DNA from: Guillardia theta CCMP2712
Lineage: Eukaryota > Protista > Cryptophyta
DNA length: 64,000 bases
Direction of reading: 5' to 3'
Assembly: GCF_000315625.1 (NCBI RefSeq)
Contig: NW_005434659.1
Span: 1-64,000 of the forward strand
The notes beneath the pieces are model-generated. The model did not search any database, was not told the origin of the DNA, and saw only the letters and a program-made list of their open reading frames with translations. Shown piece by piece: positions 48,416 through 58,368 of the stretch; the first letter of the stretch is position 1; every line of letters starts with the position of its first letter. The position numbers were made by a program, and so were the translations under genes.

Positions 48416-48901
48416 ATGCTTCATCGCAGGATTTATGCACTAGCCCCGAATGGCTTCGCTCAATCCCACGGCACCAGTGCACAACCAGCGAGTGAGTTGA
48501 GGGAGGAGGAGGAGCAGGTGGGTGACCGTCTACAGGGAGGAAGCATCCAAGCGACCCTCGTCGGTCTGGTGGACAAGCGACTGATGTATGAGCAGGTTAG
48601 TCTGCCTTCCTTCCTTCCTTCCTTCCTTCCTGACTGACTGACTGACCGACTGACTGACCGACCGACCGACTGACTGACTGTCGCAGCTCATGCATGCCTG
48701 TCGCGGCATCGCTGGTCTCACCGAGCAGAAGCTCCTGCATCGCGAGTCGGTTTATCGCGCAGCTCCTCAAGGGCCTTCTCAAGGAGCCTCCACCACTCGC
48801 AGCAGCTACCAGCTCAGAGTCAGACTGGGAAAAACATCGACAAACGAATCAGGTTCCGGCTCCTCCTGCTCCAGCTCCAGCTCCTGCTACTGCTCCTGCT
48901 A

Positions 48902-48952
<51 letters not shown>

Positions 48953-50065
48953 ATCCTGCTCCTGATCCTGATCCTGATCCTGCTCCTGCTCCTGCTCCTG
49001 CTCCGGCTCCGGCTCCTGCTCCTGCTCCTTCTCTTCCTGCTGACTTTGAGCTCCAAGGAACAGACAAATTTGTGCAACCCATGTCGTTGCTGTGCGTCGG
49101 GGATCCTGTGACTGCGTCGACACATCCCTTTCACCTCGTGAAGTTCTGTACAGGTTCCGTTCCCTGCCAACTTGGAGAAGTTCCTCAAGTCTGAGGACGG
49201 GTTGCCCCTTCCCCCTTCCTCCTCCGCGACTGACGTAGAGCGCAGGAAACGTCCTTTACCGAAGCCATCCATTCGGAGAGTAGTGGAAGTGAGAGGAAGG
49301 CGGGGAGGGAGGAGAGATGATACCTGTGAGCAGGTAGACGTCGGTCACACTTGCGATGAGATGCTCAAGCTTCTTGGGTTCGAGACCGATTTTGTCTTTA
49401 TCCGATCAGGCCAGGTGTCGTGCATGCTGTCTCTGCCGCTGCCTTGACGCGCAAGCAGCAATTCTTCTTCGGGGCTCAAGATAGATGCTCCGTGATGATC
49501 TCGGAGCTGCACAAGCTGCAGTGAGATCTGATCTTGATGTTGATGATCCTCAGCGCCCGCAGGTCCTCTGAAGCCAACAAGACACAAACACAACAGGTAA
49601 AGCTGCTCCTCCTCTTGTCCACCAGGTTGACTTCTGCTGCGCATGTCAGACACCCAAGCTCGAGACTGACGTGCAAGGGAACCCAGTAGACAACATCTTC
49701 CTCGTCGAGGCGCCTCCTTCTCTTCCTTGTCGCTTCCTCGTGCTAACTCCGGTGAGCAGGTGCTGGCGCAGAGCCTGGACGACACCATGCCGAGGTCAAT
49801 CACTTTAGATGTCACCACGACCATGTCTCCTTGCTTCATGTCTCCCCCTATGCCTCCTCCTATTCCTCCTCCTATGCCTCCTGACCTCCCGCACAGTGTG
49901 GAAGCTGCCGTTCGTGAAGTTCTCTACCTCGGCGAGTTTGCGGCTGCTCAGTTCATGTCTGACCCTCTTGCAGCTGACAAGCTCAGCCCCTTCGTCACTC
50001 TCAACACGCCCGACGACACGCAGCCGCAGCTACCTGGCATGGTGGGGATGCCGAACAGGATGTAG
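48416..50065 (+). CDS. MED18: Probable Mediator complex subunit 18
   Basis: Spliced QATLVGLVDKRLMYEQ|LMHACRGIAG, LLHRESVY, SIRRVVE|VDVGHTCDEMLKLLGFETDFVFIRSG|QQFFFG resemble recalled Med18 motifs (LxG...LxHRLRGL; RxxVD...FLxxxGFxxDxEFxxKG). Start codon uncertain. Confidence 0.62.
48605..48680. repeat. Intronic compound microsatellite (CCTT)n(CTGA/CCGA)n
   Basis: Direct reading; CTGAC units sit just upstream of the cgcag acceptor. Confidence 0.9.
48859..49029. repeat. Intronic (CTCCTG)n hexamer array with CTGATC variants
   Basis: Reverse complement of the array type at 45043-45369; produces spurious PAPAPA/GAGAGA ORFs. Confidence 0.93.
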
Positions 50066-50153
50066 AGGAGGAGGGGAACAGCTGGGAGGAGGGGAACGAG
50101 GAAGGAGGAGAAAAGGATGGAATAAGAAGTTTCAATGAGATGAACACAAAATA

Positions 50154-53100
50154 TTATGACATGTGGTTGCTGCCCACCAGCCGTCCTCGTCCCGCAGGGT
50201 TACTGTCAAGCAAGCTGTTGGCGAAGCTCGACGCGAGGATGTTTGCATAGTTCTCCTGCGTGCTGCTCGGGTGCTCGCTGCGCAGGAACGAGTCGTAGGT
50301 CCTCGGCCTGCTAGGCCTCAGCATGGCCGCCGGCTCCTCTGTGCCATAGAGAGCCTCGAACTCTGACACCACCGAGTTGTCAACCTCTGACGCCTGCTCA
50401 GGCTCGGGCTCGGGCGGGTAGTCGTCGATGCCTCCCGTCTTGAGTCCCTCCATGAAGATCGAGGCAGCCGACGGGTAGGGCGACAAGGTGTCGCTCGTCT
50501 CCTGCCCCAGGTACTCGTCCTTGGAGACCAGCCGGCCCTCGAAAGGCAGCACGTCCTCGTGCGGGTGCAGGTGCCGCAGGTAGTTGTCGCGCAGCCGCGT
50601 GGCGATCATGCCGAATGACTTTGACTTGGGGATCTTCATGGCGATCGCCACCTGCCGCCACATCCTCCCTCGCTCAACTGCCTCGAAACCTCCCAGGCAC
50701 TTGACCTCGTGGAAGAGCTGGTAGAAGTCAAGCTCTCTCCCTCCCGCGCTGGGAAACTTGAACGGCTCCTCTGACTTGCTCGTGATCAGCTCCTTCCAGG
50801 ACGCGAACCATCGCATGCGGGTCTCGTCATCGGTAGGGTAGGGCTTCACTTTCTCCTCCTCCTGGCTGCTCCCCTGGCTCGGGGCCTGCACCGGTGCCTG
50901 GTTGAGCACAGACGAGAAGTTGGGGTACTGAATCTCAGGCTGCTTGTAAGTCGATTGCGCGTACCCGGCATAGATGGCCGGCATGGCGATGACCTGACTC
51001 GCTGTCGTTCCTACATGCCCGGCAGCCGGGGGGCCGAAGAGCTGGTAAGCCCATCCCGAGAGGACAGGATGCCTAACGACATCTTGGGGAGGGAGGTGCC
51101 AACGGTTGATGTCAGCCTCTAGGTGATGGAGGTACTTGAGGTAGTTGTCCTTCAGTCGCGATTCAGCCATGGAGTGCGAGACTGGAATGTCCACGGCTAG
51201 AGCCACGTCCCGCCATCTTCGCATCTCCTGGACCTTTTGAAATCCTCCTAGAGCCATCACTTCGTGGAAAAGAATACAGAGGTCCACAGGCTTCCCGAGA
51301 ATGATCGGGTTCTTGCGGAGAGAAATTCCTTTCGACTCGCAGAAGTTCTGCAAGTCATGCTCCCACTTCTGCCGTGCCACTGGGGTTATATACATGATAC
51401 TGCGGTGCGGATTCGGAGGGACGTTTGGGATCCAAATCGCCGGCGGGTGAGCACCAGGCAAGACTTGAGCGTAAGACTGCAAAGAAGAATTTTTCTTCTC
51501 CTTATCTGCAATCTTCGACTTGGGTTCCTTCGCCTTCGTGCTATCAGCGTCAGGTTGCACGAAGCCTTCGGCCATGTCAGCGTAACTCACGAAGCCCAGG
51601 CGTTCCACTCCTGTCCTCTTTCTCGGCCCGAACTCTTTTTCATTCTCACCTGCAGGGTCAAGGTATCAGCTCAACGGACTCAAGCACAGGGCTCGTCACC
51701 TTCTGTAAGCTTCTTCTCTGCTTCAGGCATCAGCTTATCCCAGAAATCCGGATCGTTGTAGTCCAAGTCTGCCTCCTCTGCAGCCTTGGGGACAAAGCTT
51801 GCGGTAGAAAACGTGTTACACCCTCTGTCTTGTTTGTCAACTACTTTGGTGATTCTGCTGCTCAAGATCGATTCTATGTCTTCCTCGTTGAAACGATTGC
51901 TTTCTTGCTCGGCATCTTGGTTGAAGAGCGCATATGCTCCGTGTCTGAGAAGTCGTTCCAACTCTTTCTTCTCTTCCTTCGAGGTTCTCTTCACTCCTGC
52001 GATCTGCTTGCCGGAGATGACCGCTCTCTCCAACCCCTGCTTTTGCGATGCTTTCTCGAACATCCGGCGCTCGTACGTCTTAGCCGTTATGAATCTGTAA
52101 ATCTTAACCTCTCGTGTTTGCCCGATACGATGACAGCGAGCTTGAGCCTGCAAGTCATTCTGTGGATTCCAATCACTATCAAAAATTATAACAGTGTCTG
52201 CTGTTGTCAAATTGATCCCGATGCCTCCAGCCTTTGTACATATCAAAAACACAAATCTGTGCTCCCCAAGTTCGTTGTATCGATCGATAGCGCTCTGTCG
52301 AGCGTTTCCCCGTATCCTGCCATCAATTCGCTCAAAGGGAAAACTCTTGGCACGCATGTAGTCTTCGAGCATGTCCAACACCCTTATGAACTGGCTGAAA
52401 ATCAATGCCTTGTGTTTCTCAGCGCGGAGTTTCGGAAGCATCTTATCCAGCAGGACCATTTTACCGGAGTGTCTGATCAGTTCATGCATTGGGTCACTTG
52501 CAGTTGATCGGCTTCTGACTTGTTCCTCAACACCATCAACGAGGTATGGATGATTGCAGCATTTCCGCAGCTCCATTTCCACGTTTCGAAGAGCTGGAAC
52601 TTGAACTCCAGCTGCCCCCCTCTTCAACCATTCGAAGTTACGTTCAAGGATCGACTTGTAGGTCGTCCGTTGTAATTGTGACATCTCCACCTCAACTATG
52701 ATCTCTTCTTTCGGTGGGATAGAACGCTCGACGTCTTCCTTGTGCCTTCTGAGCATGTACGGTCTCAACTCTTTGCGAAGTTGCATGATCTGATTGGCAG
52801 TTTCCACCACGCCGAACTTGTTTAAGAAAGCGTCAACATCATCAAATTGCTTTGGTGCCAAGAAATTTAAAAGACACCATAATTCTTCCGTGTTATTCTG
52901 AAGCGGGGTACCTGTCATCAAGATACAATGGGCTTCGTTTTCGGGATTCGTGCAAGGAGGGATTGTCTTGAAGGATTTGAGTGTTGTAAAGGTCTTGCTA
53001 TCTTTGTTCTTCAATCGATGTGCCTCATCGACTATCACACAATCCCACGGCATGTCAGCCAGATTAGCTTTGTTACCGCGCTCATCTTCCTTCATCACGA

Positions 53101-55168
53101 TTTCCCAGGTCGTGATCAACACGTTGAATTTGTAACAGTCGTTGATTCGCTTGCCCTTTTCGTCATAGTAATAAAATTCATGATTGATGAGGATTTCCCT
53201 AGAATCTTGGTTTCCGTGAAAAACGATTGCATTCAGGTTTGTCCAAGCTTCGAACTCTCTCAACCAGTGCGGGATGGTTGACAAAGGAGCCACAACCAGG
53301 AATGGTCCCGTTCGATTCCGGCATTGGAAGAGCCATTCCAAGAAGCCAACGGCTTGCACAGTCTTACCTAAACCCATCTCATCTGCAAGAATCGACCCCC
53401 TCCTCTGATACCAATTAAAAATCAGCCAGTTAACACCCTCTTTCTGATATTCTCGCAAAACGTTTTGATCTTTGAACTGACATTCACTAATGTATTCCTT
53501 GATTTCATCTTCTCTGCAGATTCGCTCTACCGGTGGTCGTTTCTCCCTCTTCCTCTTGTCCCTTGGTGGAGGCTTGCTGAACTTGTTGTGCTGAGCGATC
53601 TTTTCCTCTGCCACAACAGAGCCAATGGATTCAATGATGCTTTCTTTCCATTCCCATGTGCACTCGGAGTACGGAAGATTCCTCCACTTACAGAAATATT
53701 CCAAGGCTTCTTCTCCAGAATCAATCTGTACGATTCGAGAGGCGACGATCCTTTCAACCTCCGTAAACGCGGGATCAAAGTAATTCCCATCGCGGTCCTC
53801 TACTTCGAATTGGATGGAATCAAACCATTTCGACATGAAATTATTCAATCTCACTTTCCCTCCTTCAGCCAAGATATCGTTTTCAGTGACCCAAGATGTA
53901 TGCAGGTAACTTTTTTCTCGCCACTTGACCAAAAACAATGCAACTTCAATCTCTTCATTGTTCTCAGACAGTTGCTTCTTCATTTCCATGCCCAGTATTT
54001 TATCGATGTTGTACTTGCACTGCTCTTGCCCTTCACGGTCCAAAGAATCTATGTCGACCATCTTTTCCTCTTCTTCACTGCTATTGTCCATATCGACTGA
54101 CTGCTTGCTTCTGGAACTCGTTTTTGACCCCTTGCGGGAATTCACTTTACCCTTTTTGACCCTCTTTGATGTTGAAGCGACCCTAGTCTTGGGCTCACGA
54201 CTCCGAATGGAGGGGTGTTTCGGCTTGCTCTGCTTTTGGCTGACCTTTTTGATGGACAAATCTTGTCTGTGTCTGATTCGATCACTATTTGAGTCAACCC
54301 ACTCGGTGTCTTCCTCTGTCCCACATTCAAACTGCACGAGGATTTGCTCGTTGTTCTGTCGCACGATGAAAGCGTCCCACCAGTCTCCATCATATTCGAA
54401 CTCGACGGGAATCCTTATTCTTCCGCTATTCTTCTCTATCCATTCATCTTCATCGTCCAAGCCTCCAACGTAGTGCACAAAGACCAGGTCGCCCTGAACC
54501 TCGAGTATGTTTGCCTCCCACCATTCGCTCTCGAACTCCACCTCTATGGCTGTGCCTTCAGCAAACCATTTAGAGGCAGCAGACTCGATCTCACTGCCAT
54601 TGTCCTGCATGGGCTGAAATAATGGCTTCATCCGCTTGTTCGGCACTTCGACGTCGTCTTGGGATTCTGCTGCATCTTTGGAGCTGATTCTCTTTCCCAG
54701 AAAATTATCACAATCTAAGACAACCATCAGACATCTATATCATCTACGAGAAAGTTCTCACCTGAGGAGCTATCATCTTGAGCTTTGAATGTCGTATCAT
54801 TGCGAAATACAGCGGAAAGAGGGTCATTCCTGCATTTCAATCAAATCGATTGAACTCAATGGAGTGTTATCGTACCGAATGGATGAACAAAATTCAGCAT
54901 CAATACGATTGGGAGTATCCACTGGTGTTGACCCAAAAGTCGACTCAAAATAATCATCATTCAACATCTTGGAGTCGTAACCATTCGAACACATTTGGTC
55001 ATTCCCGCTCCGCTCCATTTTAGCTTTGTTTAGATTGGCATCTCTGGGTTCGAGTCCCGTAGAATGCTTGAATACGGAGAGGTATGAATGTTCTGATGAT
55101 TGGATCGTCCTAGGAAGCCTGTCGTCAAACGCCTCGTCGTGCGAGCCAACTGCCTTGGCTCTCTGCAT
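50154..55168 (-). CDS. CHD-family (CHD6-9-like) SNF2 chromatin remodeller with N-terminal tandem Tudor/Agenet-like domains and two C-terminal ARID domains
   Basis: Two chromodomains (FLVKWREKSYLHTSW; YFCKWRNLPYSECTWE); ILADEMGLGKT, DEAH, DSDWNPQNDLQAQARCHRIGQ; phase-1 intron ~51699-51651 joins to ARIDs (VDLCILFHEVMALGGF...W; LDFYQLFHEVKCLGGF...W). Confidence 0.9.
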
Positions 55169-55989
55169 TATTCCGCATTCCCATACAAGACAAACTTGTG
55201 AATAGCCAAAGTTATCATCAACAATATCTTACAGGGTTAGTGACATCAGAATTGTTCGTATAAGCAATACTCTTTCAGTCAGAAATCGTCATCTTCCAAA
55301 GATAAAGCAACTATGACTGGACAGGTCACTTTAAAAATTCCGAGGGAAGTTCCGCTTTTGTTCTCAAGTAAACAGGAGAATTGCTGATGGCAAGATCAAT
55401 ACTCGCCTGAAGTATGTGAAAGAATCATTTCCAGCAGCCTGCTTCTATCTGCTTCTCCTCTCTTCCTCTTCTCCCCTGCACACCTCCATGCACTGCCATC
55501 GTCGGCGCCTTCACCAAGGCAGCTCCAAAGCTCCACTTCTAGCCCCACCCTATCATCTTTTCACCCCTACCCCTTCTAAAATTCATCCCCACCCCTTACA
55601 TATTTGATTTGCTTCAAATTTTTGGGAAAAATGAACTTTAAATTTCAATATGTTTCGTATGTATGAAATATTTTTACGAGAGGTTTGGCTGTGCCACCGG
55701 ATCATCCTACCCCACCCACATGGTATCATCACCACCCCACCCGTAGCACCTCCACCCTGACATCAAATACACTCCCTGCCATACCTGTCATCGCACATCC
55801 CTGACAAACTCTTGAATGCTCTACAGGCCTTCATGCGGCGAGGAGGGGAGAGCGCAATGAATGCTCTCTCTCTCCTAACCCGATTTTCGTGTGACTGGCT
55901 TCAAGCTCCGTCTTCTTTCTTTCTGTTCGGTTTGCAAACATTTATTCGCTCACGGATGAACAAGCGAGTGCTAGGGATAGAGATCTTTG

Positions 55990-56880
55990 CTAGGAATAGG
56001 GATCCGTGGCAGCCTCTGAGATCTTTGGCTCAGCATGGCTTGTAGCTTCAGTGACTTGTCTTTTCTTCTTCGATTTCTTTTCGGCCTTTCGTAGCTTATG
56101 CTTGATCACTCCCATTGCGTATGCTGCTCTGTTTTCTACACCCCGCACATCGAGGCGAGCGCAAGTACGTACCGATCTCGAAGCAAGTTTCTCTGGTAAA
56201 GACGCAAGAAATTGAACGATTTCATCATCCACCTCCCCACGTTCCATGTACACTTTAGAAAGGAACTGTTCACCAGCATTCTTGACAGAAGGGCGTCGGC
56301 TCTCGTGCACACTTTCATCCGTCAAAAGTTTTGTAATCTCAGAACTGTTGAAACGCCTGGAATCTCTCTTTGCGAACACCCTGTCAATGATGCCTGACAC
56401 AAGCTGTTTCCTCCCTTCCTCGTGCTCTGCCTTTGCCTTCTTGATACGATTCTTCCTCTTCAACTTGTTGCCACCACCTGAAGCTGTTCGTTCGATTCTC
56501 AACCTTCGGCCGAAGAAGAGGCAGCAGTCAAGCTTGAGGGCTTTCGGGACCTCGCTCTTCTGCGCAAATTGGATGAATGCGAGTCCACGATTGGTCTTCG
56601 TTTTCTTGTCTGTAAGCCAGCGTATTTTGAAATCCTGAAATCCCTTCTTTGTGAAAAATCTCTCTAGATCATTTTTGGTTGCGTTGTACGATATCTGACC
56701 AATGAACAGAGTATTCTCATCAATATGCGGTTTCCTTTTGAATCTTGCAACAGTAGAATTCTGTGACAACTTGAACAATTTTGATTGGCTCTCTAGTGCA
56801 GCTCTGTCACAACTCCCTCCGATAAGAAACAGTGAAATCCACATCAAATGCCACGAAAATTTGTTGCAACCGTTCACCAT
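55990..56880 (-). CDS. Nop6/RBM34-like RRM protein with N-terminal signal peptide and C-terminal hnRNP-Q acidic-domain-like helix bundle
   Basis: RNP2 LFIGQI, RNP1 RGLAFIQF, RRLRIERTASGGGNK; hydrophobic leader WHLMWISLFLIGGSC; C-terminus DVRGVENRAAYAMGVIK; single exon. Confidence 0.75.
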   Translation of the reverse strand: MVNGCNKFSWHLMWISLFLIGGSCDRAALESQSKLFKLSQNSTVARFKRKPHIDENTLFIGQISYNATKNDLERFFTKKGFQDFKIRWLTDKKTKTNRGLAFIQFAQKSEVPKALKLDCCLFFGRRLRIERTASGGGNKLKRKNRIKKAKAEHEEGRKQLVSGIIDRVFAKRDSRRFNSSEITKLLTDESVHESRRPSVKNAGEQFLSKVYMERGEVDDEIVQFLASLPEKLASRSVRTCARLDVRGVENRAAYAMGVIKHKLRKAEKKSKKKRQVTEATSHAEPKISEAATDPYS

Positions 56881-57299
56881 GGTCCTTGAGATTTTTCATC
56901 CAAAACTATAGAAGATATGGAAACAAGATCCGAAAGACTTGAAAAACATCGGCCCCATTCAAGATTCGGCCATAAAATACCAACAAACAGTCAACGGGAT
57001 ATGACGGAACACAGCGACTATATCAAAGACGAAGAGGCTTCAGACATTCGAATCAGGAGGTAACAAGGGTCTAGAGGTAACCTCTATGTTGTAGCAGGTC
57101 TAGCGCAGGAGCGTGTGCAGGGACTCTAGGCCAAGCCGAGCAACCCAGCGCCTGTCCTCCGACCATGCAGCGAGAGGCCTCATCCCTTCGACCCACCTCC
57201 CCACTCAGATCCCACCCGGCTTCCCGCGGCAATTTCCCGGGCCCGGCCACAAGTCAGTAAGCTCCAAACAGTTATTTGTGAGGTTGCCAAAGTAACGGT

Positions 57300-57900
57300 T
57301 CTTTCTTTTTACCCCTACCCCACTATCATTTGCACCCACCCATATATTTAGCAAATTTTTCTGCAGATTTGTTGGGGTAGCCTTGAAGCTTTGTACCCCA
57401 CCCTAATGTGCTCTACACCCTCTTCTGAGACCCTACCCGGTCTATGGTACATTCTACATGTTCTGTTTGAGGAGACAGGGTGGGGTAGTTGTACAGTCAA
57501 CTCCCTAAGACACTGACCCTACCCTACCCCACCCCCTGGTCGATGGCTTTCTACGTCTCCTTTTAGTACCAGACTCTCACTCAGAATTGATGTACCCCCG
57601 TGTAGGACCGAAAAACCACGGGTGATAGACTGTGGTCTGCTTAGTGTGTGTTAACTAAACTTGTCTATGGAACTTTGGGGTGGGTGCAGAGCATGCGCGA
57701 ATAATTTAGTGGGGTGGGTCATGTTGATACAGGGTGCTCAGTGGTGCACAATTAGTTCTTGTGATGATGAATTTGAGGGTGGGGTGAACAATCCTCAAGT
57801 GTCATGGGGTGAGGTGGGCTGGCAATTGGGGGAGGGGGGTGATAGAATTTTTTTTCATGGGGGTGGAGTAGTGGGGGGTGGGGGGTAGTGGCCGCAGGCG
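57300..57900. promoter_or_regulatory. Divergent promoter region with clustered CCCCACCC/CCCTACCC motifs that switch strand
   Basis: C-rich motifs dominate 57310-57600 and G-rich complements dominate 57675-57890. Regulatory role is inferred. Confidence 0.4.
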
Positions 57901-58368
57901 CTGGATAATGATGAGAGGAAGAGGTCAAGGGGGAGAAGGGAGGAGCTTGGGAAGGAGGAGGAAGCATTTAGACATGAAGGAGGAGCGATAGAAGCTGTAT
58001 ACAGAATCGAGGCGCAAGCGAGGAGATTGAAGAGAGGAGGAGAGAATGGAGCAAGTGCGTGTCAGGAGTATTAGAAAGGAATGCTGGCTGGCGGGTGATC
58101 AATCAGATTCAGTGAGACTGGGTAAAAGGACAAAATGTAGATTTTGAGAGGTAGGAAACTATCTATAAATGTGCGTCGAAGCACCTCGAGAGCGTTGAGG
58201 TTGTGCAAGATATGATCGAAGGTTGACGAGCCCCTTTCAGGTTTTTGCGGGATTTGTGATTCGCGAGTCTTGTATCCTTGACCAGAAGGATATTTCTTTG
58301 ATATCTGTGGAAGGACAGATCAAATTTCCTAGTCTTCGTAGGGAAACCTTCCAGAGAATCAGTTCAAA

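Noticed and set aside
51425-52507. 360-aa plus-strand ORF
   Set aside because: Antisense shadow of the CHD gene with no recognisable motifs; likewise antisense ORFs over V-ATPase, TPR and WD40 genes.
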